A DNA stretch of 64,000 nucleotides from a bacterium (lineage in GTDB: Bacteria; Electryoneota; Electryoneia; Electryoneales; Electryoneaceae), in assembly GCA_963675295.2 (NCBI GenBank), contig CAXXKJ010000002.1:3872001-3936000 (forward strand), written 5' to 3'. Numbering within the stretch: the first letter of the stretch is position 1; each line of letters starts with the position of its first letter. Positions 38,912 to 48,952 of the stretch are shown piece after piece. The position numbers were made by a program, and so were the translations under genes. The notes under the pieces are model-generated. The model searched no databases, had not been told where the DNA came from, and saw nothing but the letters and a program-made list of their open reading frames with translations.

Positions 38912-39799
38912 CTACCGCATCGCTTCCCACTCGAAGGACGTTCCGAGGTGAGAGTATAAGGCCTGGTTGGATTCGGCAAAATAGTCGTACATCCAGTCCC
39001 GAACACCCGGGTCAAGCTGCTTGTAGTTGGCCATGTTGAGCCGCCGGAACGAGTCCGGTTCCCACTTGGGCAGGTTGAGGAACTCGAGCACCCGCGGCAT
39101 CACGGTTTCCGGCCGTTCGAAATAGTCCTCGGCCTTTAGAACAAGCATCTGCGCGCGTGGGAACATCTTCTCCCAGCGTTGCAACTGTTCAAGGTAGCGG
39201 CCGCGTGTGAGGTACGAATGATGGATGCGCCGGACGCCCATGAAACGGGTGTCGAGCATCCGTCGCCGTTGCTCCTCACCGATCCATTCTTCCTCGACCT
39301 TCGCGGCTTCCTCGAACGAACGTGTCTCGCCCCAGTAGCGGACGGCGTGCTGATAATGCGAATACGCACGGTCCACCGGGTTGCGCAGCAGCACTACCAG
39401 CTTCGCCTGCGACTCGAAGCGCTTGATCCGCCGTGGGGCGTGCGGATCGAACAGGTACGATGGGCTGGCTTCGCCGGTCAGCGTTTCGCCCCGTTTCTTC
39501 GCCGTCTTCTCCAGCGGGAAATGCGCCAGGTACCAGCGCCGTCCACGTTCGTAGTGGAAATCGAAGAAGCGGATTTCCTTGGACAACGGCTCTGCGATCA
39601 TCGGATGCTGGATGAGATTGTTGAACAGCGACGTGGTGCCGGCCTTCATCGACCCGATCAGGAAGAAAGACGGCTTCAGCCGCAACCCGGCCGTCGGACG
39701 CCGCGAGGCGACCAGCAGCTCTTTCGCCAGCGCACGTACGGAGACAGACACGTTCGCCTCGCGCGCCTTGTCGCGCATCAGATTCAGCGAATCGCCCAT
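38912..39799 (-). CDS. Sulfotransferase ST3 (heparan-sulfate ST-like motifs)
   Basis: GSMKAGTTSL, KEIRFFD, GEASPSY, LRNPVDRAYS, RGRY.EQL.RW. Confidence 0.93.
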   Translation of the reverse strand: MGDSLNLMRDKAREANVSVSVRALAKELLVASRRPTAGLRLKPSFFLIGSMKAGTTSLFNNLIQHPMIAEPLSKEIRFFDFHYERGRRWYLAHFPLEKTAKKRGETLTGEASPSYLFDPHAPRRIKRFESQAKLVVLLRNPVDRAYSHYQHAVRYWGETRSFEEAAKVEEEWIGEEQRRRMLDTRFMGVRRIHHSYLTRGRYLEQLQRWEKMFPRAQMLVLKAEDYFERPETVMPRVLEFLNLPKWEPDSFRRLNMANYKQLDPGVRDWMYDYFAESNQALYSHLGTSFEWEAMR

Positions 39800-39800
39800 C

Positions 39801-40715
39801 TCAGATATCCCAGTTGAAGGTGAGGCCCGTCATCGCTTCCAACTGTTTTTTCTCATCGGCAAAGGTGGCACGCAACTTCTCCCGCGTTGCCAGGTTCATC
39901 GCCGGATAGGGCACGCTGTTGTCCGTGCGCAATACCGGGAACTGATGAACCGGTAGATCGAGGAAGTCGATCACTTCGTCAAGAACCTCCGGCATGTGCA
40001 GGAAGAACCGTTCCGCCGGAATGATCATCATCTGTTCGCGTGAGAACAGCTTCAGCCAGCGTTCCAGCTGCTTCGTGTACATCCCGCGTTCGATATAGGC
40101 GTAGCGCTGGTAATCGGTACTGACATAGGCTGGATTTTTCAGCATCCGTTCCGCTTCGCCGTGTGTCCGCTTGGCTTCGGCGGCCAGTGCATCCTCGAAG
40201 TTCAGCGGTTCCTGCCCCAGTTGCACCTGTCGCTGGTAGTCCGAATAGGCACGGTCGATCGGATTCCGCAGCAACACCACCAGTTTTACCTTCGGCAGCG
40301 CCTGGTGCATCCGTTCCGGCACCCGAGGCTCGAACAGGTAGTAGGGACTCGCTTCGCCCCAGCGGTGCTTCGGGCCGTAACGTACCCAGCGGTACAGCGG
40401 GAAGTGTGACTTGTACCAGTCCAGCCCCTTTTCGTAATTGAGGTCAAAAAAATGGACTTCCTTGACGACGGATTGGGTAACGGACGGATGGCCGGAGAGA
40501 ATGTTGAACAGGCTTGTTGTGCCCGCCCGTTGCGCGCCGATAATGACGAAATCGGGGAAGCGGCAGTCGGACGCAATCATGCGGCGGAACGCGAAAATGC
40601 TGCGCCGGACGAATCGGGTCACCGTTCGCTTGAGTGGACGGTTGGCCGGGATATGCCGGCCGAGTGAACGTTCCTCAACGACCATGGTCGGTTCAGACGA
40701 AAATGGGATAGCCAT
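39801..40715 (-). CDS. Sulfotransferase ST4 (paralog of ST3)
   Basis: GAQRAGTTSL, KEVHFFD, GEASPYY, LRNPIDRAYS.Y, RGMY..QL.RW. Confidence 0.93.
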   Translation of the reverse strand: MAIPFSSEPTMVVEERSLGRHIPANRPLKRTVTRFVRRSIFAFRRMIASDCRFPDFVIIGAQRAGTTSLFNILSGHPSVTQSVVKEVHFFDLNYEKGLDWYKSHFPLYRWVRYGPKHRWGEASPYYLFEPRVPERMHQALPKVKLVVLLRNPIDRAYSDYQRQVQLGQEPLNFEDALAAEAKRTHGEAERMLKNPAYVSTDYQRYAYIERGMYTKQLERWLKLFSREQMMIIPAERFFLHMPEVLDEVIDFLDLPVHQFPVLRTDNSVPYPAMNLATREKLRATFADEKKQLEAMTGLTFNWDI

Positions 40716-41634
40716 ACCGATGCAGGAACGGCATGGACAGCGCAGTTACCAGGTACTTGTCACGGGGCCGCATCTTGCGGGTCCACTCGTCATCCATCCG
40801 GAGTGTGACTTCCCCTTCCTGGAAGCGGTTCGGATTCCCCGAACACGTGTGATCCTTGCCAAGATAGACGGTATGGTCGTCCACGAAAGGCAGGTTCTCC
40901 GTGCTCTCGCCGAAACGGCGCAGGATACGGATGATCGCTTTTCGCGGCTGGCGGACAAAATCCTCGTAGCGCATGAAGACGTAGCGTTCCGGGCGTTTTC
41001 CCCAAGTCGCCTCGGTGGCAACATTCCACGAATCCCACAGCAACGTGGAGAAAATCGGACCGTGCTCATCCATCGGCTGCATCGTGCCGGTATCCGGCTG
41101 CAATTTGCGGCGCAGCCATGAGAACGATACCGCGCGCGGATCACGCACCAGATGAACGACGTAGAGATCGATTTCCTTGAGAATGTCGAGCGTGAAGGCG
41201 TAGGTCGGGAACTTGGATGAATCGACGATAACATTGCAGCCGAAATGGCTCTGGATCGACTTGTAGAGCAGGATCAGGTTGGTCAGGTATTCACGGGCAT
41301 TTTCCCACAGCGCCCGCCGTGTCGCGCCCGGCACGGCCAGCCCGGCGAGGTGGCGGGTACGGGTCAGCCGGTCACGCAGCTGGATCATCCGGTTCGGATC
41401 GACGGCATCAAACCCCCCGAACGCGTCCTCGACAATCGCCTGCCATTCGGGACAGTCGCGGAAGTGTTCGCCGCAGCCACAGAGGTGGTTGCCGATGAAA
41501 TTCCGGTCCCAGATGTAGCGAACCTCACCGACGGAGTTGAAGCCGGGGATCTGGCCGAGGATTCGGTCCAGGATCGTGGTTCCGCTGCGACCCCAGCCGG
41601 TGATGTACAGGACTTTAACGTTCGAATTTTTCAT
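40693..41634 (-). CDS. Sulfotransferase ST5 (CHST / Gal-GlcNAc-6-O-ST-like motifs)
   Basis: GWGRSGTTIL, CGCG....C..W, VDSSK, HLVRDPRAV..S, RYEDF. Confidence 0.9.
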   Translation of the reverse strand: MKNSNVKVLYITGWGRSGTTILDRILGQIPGFNSVGEVRYIWDRNFIGNHLCGCGEHFRDCPEWQAIVEDAFGGFDAVDPNRMIQLRDRLTRTRHLAGLAVPGATRRALWENAREYLTNLILLYKSIQSHFGCNVIVDSSKFPTYAFTLDILKEIDLYVVHLVRDPRAVSFSWLRRKLQPDTGTMQPMDEHGPIFSTLLWDSWNVATEATWGKRPERYVFMRYEDFVRQPRKAIIRILRRFGESTENLPFVDDHTVYLGKDHTCSGNPNRFQEGEVTLRMDDEWTRKMRPRDKYLVTALSMPFLHRYGYPIFV

Positions 41635-41642
41635 GGTATCAA

Positions 41643-43193
41643 TCAGACTGTCATGTTCCGGAAACGTATGCGGCGCCGCATTCGAGTCAACACCCAGCGG
41701 TCATCATCATCCAATCCCTGCGCGGACAACGCGACAATGTACACCAGCACAATCAACGAAGTGCTGATCAGCAATTCAATAAAAGAACTCTGGATTGGCA
41801 ACAGTTTGAGGCCAATGGGCAGTACGCTTGCCGCCAGCGAGGCCAACAGCCCCTTGGCGAAGCGGCGGTCGTAGGGCCAGACGCCGACGTATTTACGCGC
41901 CATGAAGACGCCGATGATAAACATCGTGGCAACGGACACCGAGGTCGCGACGGCAGCGCCCTGCAGGCCCCATTTCGGGATCAGCAGGATATTGCCGAAG
42001 ATGTTGACGGCGAACATGATCATCGACGTCATCATCCACAGCTTCTGCTGCCCACCCATCATCAGGACCAGACCCACCGATCCGGTTCCGATGTTGACCA
42101 GCTGTCCCGCCGCGAGCAGCACCAGCGGTGCCCCGCCGCGCGCGTAGGGTGAACCAAAGATGGTACCCAGTATGGTATCGGCATTGAACAGGATCACGAG
42201 GAACAGCGGGAGGGCAACGTACAGCCCCCACTTGGTGTTCGCACGGTAAATCCCGTTCAGGTTTTCCTTGTCGTTCTTGGCGTGCAGGTCCGCCGCTAAC
42301 ACCGCGAAGATGCCGTGGAACATGCTCGCCAGCACCATGAACAGCGTCGAAATCTTGGACGCTGCCTGGTAGACGCCGACGCTCGCCGCCGCCATGAAAT
42401 AGCCAATCATCAGCCGGTCGACCCAACTGTTCGTCTTCGCGAACACGGCGGCCATCGATGTCGGGAAGGAGTAGCGCAGGATCTGCCACGCCAACGGCAG
42501 GTTGACCAGCTTGCCGTTCCCGGTGAACGCGTACAGCTTCAGGCTGAACGCGACCCCGGCGAGGAAGCCGATACCGTACGACGCACCCAGCGCCATCAGG
42601 GCGCCTTCGATGGTCATGCCCATGCCGGCAATGAACAGGAGAGTCAGGCCAAACTGGCTGAGCGGCTGCAGGATCTGTTCGCACAGCACGGCGTAGGTCA
42701 TCTTCTTCGAGATGCGAGTGATGGCGACGATCACGTGCATCCCGGACAGCACCGGTACCATCACCGCCAGCATGCGCAGTGCGTTTTCGAGTTCTGCCTT
42801 ATGGAACACCGACAGGGCGAGCCACGATGAGCTGAAGTACAGCGCGGCGCTGAACGCGAGCGCGATCACTGTGTGGATCGCCACCGATTGGATCAGCACC
42901 GAGCTGAGGCTGGTGTCCTGGCGGTTGAGCGCTTCGGTGCCGTATTTGATCACACCCTTGTCGAGGCCGACCTGGGCAAACAGCGCAATGAACTGCGAGA
43001 TGGTCCACGCGAGGACGAAAATGCCGTATTCAGCTGGGGTAAGAAGACGGGTGAGGACGGCGTGGGTCAACAATTGCAGCACCACACTGATGCCGCGGCC
43101 GACCATGGTGATGCCGGACTCCTTGGCGAGCACCACGAGGAGCTGGTTCAGTTTACCCTGTTTTTGAGACGCTGCGCTCACGAAATCTTCCAA
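41643..43193 (-). CDS. wzx: Wzx flippase (MOP superfamily; start uncertain)
   Basis: Many TM helices; RLL.P.EYG, DRLMIG.F.....VG.Y..A, LIP.WG..GAA.AT. Confidence 0.9.
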   Translation of the reverse strand: MEDFVSAASQKQGKLNQLLVVLAKESGITMVGRGISVVLQLLTHAVLTRLLTPAEYGIFVLAWTISQFIALFAQVGLDKGVIKYGTEALNRQDTSLSSVLIQSVAIHTVIALAFSAALYFSSSWLALSVFHKAELENALRMLAVMVPVLSGMHVIVAITRISKKMTYAVLCEQILQPLSQFGLTLLFIAGMGMTIEGALMALGASYGIGFLAGVAFSLKLYAFTGNGKLVNLPLAWQILRYSFPTSMAAVFAKTNSWVDRLMIGYFMAAASVGVYQAASKISTLFMVLASMFHGIFAVLAADLHAKNDKENLNGIYRANTKWGLYVALPLFLVILFNADTILGTIFGSPYARGGAPLVLLAAGQLVNIGTGSVGLVLMMGGQQKLWMMTSMIMFAVNIFGNILLIPKWGLQGAAVATSVSVATMFIIGVFMARKYVGVWPYDRRFAKGLLASLAASVLPIGLKLLPIQSSFIELLISTSLIVLVYIVALSAQGLDDDDRWVLTRMRRRIRFRNMTV

Positions 43194-43406
43194 GTTGCTC
43201 GTCGATGTGAAGCGCCAGGGGGATTTTCATTGAACAGACACAACGAAAACGAACGAATTCGGTGATACGTCGCCCTCTCCAGAAACGCGGTAACAAAAGT
43301 GTCGTTCATGCAGCCTGCTCGTGGAAATGGGCGATATACAACACACTCCCACCCGATCCCGTCTGGGGACGCACGGGTGGGAGTGATAGAGTCTTGCAAC
43401 TGGCGG

Positions 43407-45632
43407 CTAAGCGGTTTCCTTCTCGCTTCGTGCCTTTTCCGTGTAGTACTTCTTCGCACCGTAGTATTCGTTGAAGAACCGGCCGTAATAGTACTTGCTG
43501 CTCAGCTTGTTGACCTTGATGCCGTTGAAGACGACGCCGAAGAGGCGGCCATCCACCTGGTCTACCTGGGCGATACAGCTGCGCAGGTCGGCCATCGTGT
43601 TCTTCTCCATCAGCGCGACCAGCACCAGACCGTCCGACTTCGAGGTCAGGATCTTGGCGTCGATGGCGACGTGGATCGGCGGCGCGTCAAGGATGACGGT
43701 GTCGTATTCCTGCTTCGCGCGGGCGATGAACCGGTTCATCGACTCGGAGGCGAGCAGGTCGGACGGGCTCGGCGTACGTGAACCGGCCGGTACGACGGTC
43801 AGGTTTTCGTGCATCGTCTTACGGAACACTTCGTCCCATTCGCACTGTCCGACGAGCAGGTCGGACAGGCCCGGGGTACGTTCCACATCGAAGAGGCGGT
43901 GCTGATCCGGGACGCGGAGGTCGCAGTCCACCAGCAGCGTCTTCTTGCCGCCCATGGCGAAGGCCAGCGACAGGTTGCAGCTGGTCAGCGTCTTACCGTC
44001 CGCATGGTCGGCCGACGAAATCGTGAAGCATTCCAGCGGCTTGTCGACGGCGGAGAAGACGAGGCCCGTACGCAGGGAGCGGTAACTCTCGACGGACGGA
44101 TCCTGCGGCTGCATGTACGCGATAATCGGGTACGGCTTGCCGCTGCTACTGATCACCGGCTTGTGACCGTTACCGTGCGTAAACTCAACCTTCTTCGCGT
44201 TGATGAAGGGGATCATGCCGAGCACGCTGACGTTGAGCTCCTTCTGGATCTCGTCGGTGCTCTTGATGGTGTTGTCGAACAGGTCCGCGAGGTACGCACC
44301 GAAGGACGCGACCATCAGCGCGACCATCACGCTCATGATCAGGCGAAGCATCGTCTGCGGGTCTTCCGGCTGTTCCGGGATATACGGCGGGTCGATCACC
44401 TTGACGCCGCCGGTTTCGGAGGCGGCCTGGACGCGAGTTTCCTCGCGTTTGGTCATCATCAGGTCGTACGTCTGCTGCAGCACGGCACGCGAACGCTGCA
44501 TGCGGGAATACTCGAGGGCTGATTCGAGCAGGTCCGGATGCTGGCGCTGGTAGTCTTTGATCTGCGCGTTGACGTAATCAATCTTGTTGCGCAGGTTGGC
44601 GAGCTGCACTTCCGCTTCGGTGAGGCGGGTAATGACCGACGCCAGCTTGGCCCCGCGTTCCGCCTTGAGGCTGGAGCTTCCGGCGTTGGATGTCATCGCC
44701 GTGACGAGATTCTGCTGCGCGACGTCGATCTGGTTCAAGATCGATTCGCGTTCCGGGCTGTCTTCCGGGAGCTGCACAAGGCGTGCTTCCAGATTCTGCA
44801 GGTCCAGGCGAATCTGCTTGACCAGCGGGTTGTCCATCCCGCCGAGCTCAGCGGCTGAACTCTCGGTCAGGTTGCGGTATTCTTCGCTGTAGGTCTTGTG
44901 GTTCAGCTCAGTCAATGACAGCTGGACCTCAGCCTCGGCCAGTTCATCCTGTAAAGCATAGAGACGTGAGTAAACGCTGCTTTCGAGCAGGTTGCCGGGA
45001 GTGATCTGGTTCTTTTCCTCGAACTGTTTCACTTCCCGTTCAACGATCTCCATCTCTTCGCTGAGCAGCGCAAGCTGTTGGTCGAGGAAGACAATGGTAT
45101 TGTTCAACTCCTGGACCTGCAAGCTGGCCGATCGTGCCTGGAACACGTCCACAGCGTGCTTTACCAGTGCGTAGGCGGCAGTCGGGTCGGACAACTCGGC
45201 GGTGATATCGAGGAAGGATCCGTTCTTCTGGATGTTAAAATCAACGGCCTTGTTGACTTCCTTCTCGATGGTTGGTTTTGCTACCGGCTCATAGCCAGCC
45301 GCATCCAGCGATTCTTCGAGCTGTCGCAGGAAGAATTCACTATGGATGATGGAGTTGAAGTAGTCCTGGGGGACTACGGTGCTCATCCCGGGAATCAACG
45401 TGCTCGTGGCCATGGCCTGCGGGCTCGTCTGCACACCGAACATCAGCGTGGCCTTGGAGATGTACACCGGGGGCAGGCGCAGGACGATAAACACGCCCGC
45501 GGCCAGCGTCACGACAAAGAACACGACGAACAGGACGAGGTGCTTGAGCAGCGCCCCCATTACCCGTTCGTAAATGTCACGCGCGCTGAGCGACTCAGCC
45601 TGCTGGAACAGATCGGTACTCTTGGTATTCAA
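43407..45632 (-). CDS. wzc: Wzc-type polysaccharide co-polymerase / BY-kinase
   Basis: Two TMs flanking a coiled-coil periplasmic domain; ESYRSLRT, Walker A DGKT, A' VDCDLR, B ILDAPP, C-terminal Tyr cluster. Confidence 0.93.
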   Translation of the reverse strand: MNTKSTDLFQQAESLSARDIYERVMGALLKHLVLFVVFFVVTLAAGVFIVLRLPPVYISKATLMFGVQTSPQAMATSTLIPGMSTVVPQDYFNSIIHSEFFLRQLEESLDAAGYEPVAKPTIEKEVNKAVDFNIQKNGSFLDITAELSDPTAAYALVKHAVDVFQARSASLQVQELNNTIVFLDQQLALLSEEMEIVEREVKQFEEKNQITPGNLLESSVYSRLYALQDELAEAEVQLSLTELNHKTYSEEYRNLTESSAAELGGMDNPLVKQIRLDLQNLEARLVQLPEDSPERESILNQIDVAQQNLVTAMTSNAGSSSLKAERGAKLASVITRLTEAEVQLANLRNKIDYVNAQIKDYQRQHPDLLESALEYSRMQRSRAVLQQTYDLMMTKREETRVQAASETGGVKVIDPPYIPEQPEDPQTMLRLIMSVMVALMVASFGAYLADLFDNTIKSTDEIQKELNVSVLGMIPFINAKKVEFTHGNGHKPVISSSGKPYPIIAYMQPQDPSVESYRSLRTGLVFSAVDKPLECFTISSADHADGKTLTSCNLSLAFAMGGKKTLLVDCDLRVPDQHRLFDVERTPGLSDLLVGQCEWDEVFRKTMHENLTVVPAGSRTPSPSDLLASESMNRFIARAKQEYDTVILDAPPIHVAIDAKILTSKSDGLVLVALMEKNTMADLRSCIAQVDQVDGRLFGVVFNGIKVNKLSSKYYYGRFFNEYYGAKKYYTEKARSEKETA

Positions 45633-45766
45633 CAGTCAGCCCACTCGTTTGGAACCGTCATCTGGACAGGATCACCGCAGCCGGTTTTCCCATCAACTCG
45701 ATCACGACATTCTCGTGATCTTCCGCAACCCGGACGTTGTCGTCCGACGGTAACGGAAGACTACCC

Positions 45767-46783
45767 TCAATTGTTGTCCAGCCGGTCGATACGCAGGTAG
45801 ATCAGGTATGCGCTGGCGATGACGCTGACGTCACGCAGCATTTGAAGCATCCTGTCCCACGTAAAGAACGGATCGTACAGGGAAACGATGATCACATCGC
45901 CGCCGCTGACCGGCGGGATCTGCGCGATCTGCGCTTCCTCGATAATTTCATCCAGGTCCAGTTCCGTCTCCCGGTATACGCCCGGCGACGTCATGAACAG
46001 GTGCTTGATGTTCGACCTGTCGGCATCGGGACGGAACCCGCCGGCGAGCAGCACCATGTTGAGCACGTTCGAATCGGCGTAGGGGACGTAGTTTCCCGGT
46101 TTGTTAACCCAACCTACAACCATCACCGACGAGTTGTTGGTGATCGAGGGCACAATAATGATGTCATCTTCCTGGAGCTTCGGCAGATCTTTCAGATCAC
46201 CACTTGCGAGAAACTCGCGGAGGTTGGCGTCAATGCGCTTCCACTCGGTTTCGCCGCTGGCGCTGGTTCCGGTGGGCCGCAGGATGTGTACCCCGCTCGG
46301 ATCGGCGTGATCCGCTGGACCGCCGGCGAGAGAAATTGCCGATTGCACGTCCGTGTTCACCGGAATCTGCACGAGGCCCGGCTGGCGGACCTGTCCGAGT
46401 ACCTGCACCTTGATGGTGTAGTTCTCCGGGATTTCGACCACTACGACGGGGTTATCCATGTATCGTCGCAGAATGGTGACCAGCAAGGTCTGCATCTCGG
46501 TGGTCGTCATGCCGACAACCGGGATTTCAGTGATGTACGGGTACGGCACGGTGCCGTCATCCCGGACTTTGAGCAACCGGTTGAATTCAGGAGCTCCCAG
46601 CACACTGATCTGCAGGTGATCTCCGACATCGATGGTGCGCGCGGCTCGCGCATCCGGAATCAGGGTTAACGCCATGACCAAGGCCAGGAACAGCACGGCC
46701 ATGACCCGTTTTGCAGGCGCCCCAGACAATCCTCTACCCCTCGTCAATCTCAGCTCCTGTTCATGCGGTCCGTGTAAGCTCAA
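45767..46783 (-). CDS. wza: Wza-like polysaccharide export protein (Poly_export + SLBB); alternative start at 46702
   Basis: GD.L.I.V, V..DG.V.YP, G.V..PG repeats, C-terminal amphipathic helix; immediately upstream of wzc. Confidence 0.85.
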   Translation of the reverse strand: MSLHGPHEQELRLTRGRGLSGAPAKRVMAVLFLALVMALTLIPDARAARTIDVGDHLQISVLGAPEFNRLLKVRDDGTVPYPYITEIPVVGMTTTEMQTLLVTILRRYMDNPVVVVEIPENYTIKVQVLGQVRQPGLVQIPVNTDVQSAISLAGGPADHADPSGVHILRPTGTSASGETEWKRIDANLREFLASGDLKDLPKLQEDDIIIVPSITNNSSVMVVGWVNKPGNYVPYADSNVLNMVLLAGGFRPDADRSNIKHLFMTSPGVYRETELDLDEIIEEAQIAQIPPVSGGDVIIVSLYDPFFTWDRMLQMLRDVSVIASAYLIYLRIDRLDNN

Positions 46784-46891
46784 CGGATCCGCGGTTTCTG
46801 CGCCCTGGTTTCGCAGGATGTCCGGCCATGTTAGCGCAGAAATCGCACATCCTTATAAAGTGTCGAAAAAGCTCCGAATCTCCAAAAGGAA

Positions 46892-48580
46892 TCAGAGATT
46901 ATAGGTAAAACCAGCCAGGAACAAGGCGAGAGTTTCGTTTTCCACCCGCGTGAGCCCGGCTCGTGTTTGTAACACCAGATTTTCCAATGGTTCCCACTCA
47001 ACCGCCACCTCTCCCCGCCAAGCCGTTGTCTCATCTCCGGCAAGGAGTGGATAGCTTGTGTCGCGTGCCCGTACCGGCACCAGCTCGTAGATGTTGCCGC
47101 CGACCGGATCTTCACCCGGAATTGACTCACCGTGACGCAGCCGTTGCCCCATGGCGGTGACCTGCCATGTTCCGCCGAATTTCTGGTTGAAACTCAGTGT
47201 CAGGGCGTCGCTGTTCGGTGGAATCGGCGATCCGAGCGCAGTTCCATTGTGGGCGTAAACACTCACTGCAAACCAGTGGGAATACACATACGGCCTAAGT
47301 CGAGTAAGGTGCAGTTGCAGCATGCTTCCGCGCAACCCCACTGGCTCGATAACGTCCATCCCCAGCGCAAAAGCCGTACGGTTATGCAACTGGTTGGTAA
47401 ACAGGCCACTCATCGAGGTCTCGTCCAGCAATCCCTCGAAATAGAAAGCCCATCCACGCAGAGGCTGCACCCGCAAATCCACACCCCAGGCGACGTTGTC
47501 ATCCCGATCCTGATGGTGGTTTTCCGACCAGAAGATGTTCAACGGAATCATGTAACCGATTTCCGGGTCCCGTTCCGCGTAAATCACCGTCTCGCTGAGC
47601 CCGACCTGCAGCCAGGGCCTGGGATTGACTTCAAGCCGGTGCGCCGCGAACCACTTCTGATTCACCACCTTGCGCCGTTTGCCACTCGGTGAAACGTAGT
47701 AGATCTCATCTTCGACCGGATACGGATCCAGCCGGGCATGAAAGTAATCAAACACAAGCCATGGTTTCACCTGCGCTCTCAGTTGCAGGTAGAGGTACGC
47801 CGGCGCTTCTCCGGAGACGATCAGTCCACGATCCAGCGACGGGCCGCGTTCCATCCGGTCCCGTCCGACGCCAACGTCCACAAACTCGCTGTGGTATTCG
47901 AGGTACGCCAGGGTCTCATCGAACGATGAGGATGCCCCGGCCGGCGACACCGAGGCGACGTACCCCGGAGTCGGGCTGTAAGCTCCGCGTGCTTTGTTTT
48001 GATTGTATTCGGCGGTGTCGGTAAAACGCACTCCGGCGGTCCACGAGTTGCCGAGTGCCGCCTGCACGTCGATACCGATCACCGAGCGCAGCAACGGATC
48101 GTCGTTGTAGTCCTCGTCGTAGATGCCGTGCCAGGCGATGATCGGGTCGACGGTGAAGCTGAGCTCATCCTTCCGCATGCCGTAGAGGTGTGCGCCGTGC
48201 TTGAACAGTGGCGATCCAGAGGGGATGACGTTGTCCCAGCGGGTTTGGTCCGGCACCAGGGACTCGTTCTGGCCGTACACGGCGATCTCGCTCAGTAACT
48301 CGTCGAGTTCCGCCTGTTCGCTGGGTGGCAGTTTATCGCGGTTGGTGTTACACTCCCGCAGTCGTTCGATCAAAACCGGCAGGGATTCGGGACGAACCGT
48401 GGGTGGTGGTTGTTCGGTGACGCCGTAGAGCCAGGCTCGGTTGAGGAACTCGTACACGGAATGATCAGCGTACAATCCGGCTTGCGCGGGGACATTCAGC
48501 GCAACGAGAGAGCACGCGAGCAGGATCGCGGACACAAAAAGCCGCTGGATCTGGATCATTCTCTTCGTATGATTCGGCAC
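46892..48580 (-). CDS. Capsule assembly Wzi-family outer-membrane beta-barrel
   Basis: Signal peptide; GR....GP....LI.S..AP, AHRLE.NP, SETVIY, DN, LG.PI.PNS; C-terminal FTYNL beta-signal. Confidence 0.75.
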   Translation of the reverse strand: MPNHTKRMIQIQRLFVSAILLACSLVALNVPAQAGLYADHSVYEFLNRAWLYGVTEQPPPTVRPESLPVLIERLRECNTNRDKLPPSEQAELDELLSEIAVYGQNESLVPDQTRWDNVIPSGSPLFKHGAHLYGMRKDELSFTVDPIIAWHGIYDEDYNDDPLLRSVIGIDVQAALGNSWTAGVRFTDTAEYNQNKARGAYSPTPGYVASVSPAGASSSFDETLAYLEYHSEFVDVGVGRDRMERGPSLDRGLIVSGEAPAYLYLQLRAQVKPWLVFDYFHARLDPYPVEDEIYYVSPSGKRRKVVNQKWFAAHRLEVNPRPWLQVGLSETVIYAERDPEIGYMIPLNIFWSENHHQDRDDNVAWGVDLRVQPLRGWAFYFEGLLDETSMSGLFTNQLHNRTAFALGMDVIEPVGLRGSMLQLHLTRLRPYVYSHWFAVSVYAHNGTALGSPIPPNSDALTLSFNQKFGGTWQVTAMGQRLRHGESIPGEDPVGGNIYELVPVRARDTSYPLLAGDETTAWRGEVAVEWEPLENLVLQTRAGLTRVENETLALFLAGFTYNL

Positions 48581-48858
48581 GCCTTACTCGCGGTTTGGTG
48601 ACCGTATTCGACTCAGCCCTTTGTACTTCATTCAAGGTAGCTTACGCAAGCTTTGAGCCGCGAGTGATGGGAGTCACCACATTCGTGATTCCTTTATAAC
48701 ATGTTATCGCCATCTGGCACATGCAAGCGAAATTCGTACGGAGGCGAAATACCTAAATCTGATATCCTCTGGAGCCGTCTCAAGTGCATGACGCTGAAAT
48801 CAGAGGGGTTACCCGCGGAACGTCTAACAATAAAATGACAAAATTAGTGATATTCAGC

Positions 48859-48888
48859 TTGCACGTAATAGTTAGCGTGCGCTAGTTT
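48859..48888 (+). promoter_or_regulatory. Putative sigma70 promoter overlapping an inverted repeat
   Basis: TTGCAC-N18-TAGTTT in AT-rich divergent spacer; gcacg-taatagttag-cgtgc dyad covers the -35 and spacer. Confidence 0.35.
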
Positions 48889-48952
48889 GCAGAGTTGCTT
48901 TCTCGGCGCGGTGTACCCAACGTTCATGAAACGGTGACAAAGGGAATATAGT

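Noticed and set aside
43985-44025. Degenerate Walker A in Wzc (SADHADGKT) as a possible pseudokinase
   Set aside because: GKT, Walker A', Walker B and the Tyr cluster are intact; BY-kinase Walker A is naturally variable.
48714-48730. Sigma54-like TGGCAC motif
   Set aside because: The -12 GC is at the wrong spacing (9 rather than 10 nt) and TTGC is lacking.
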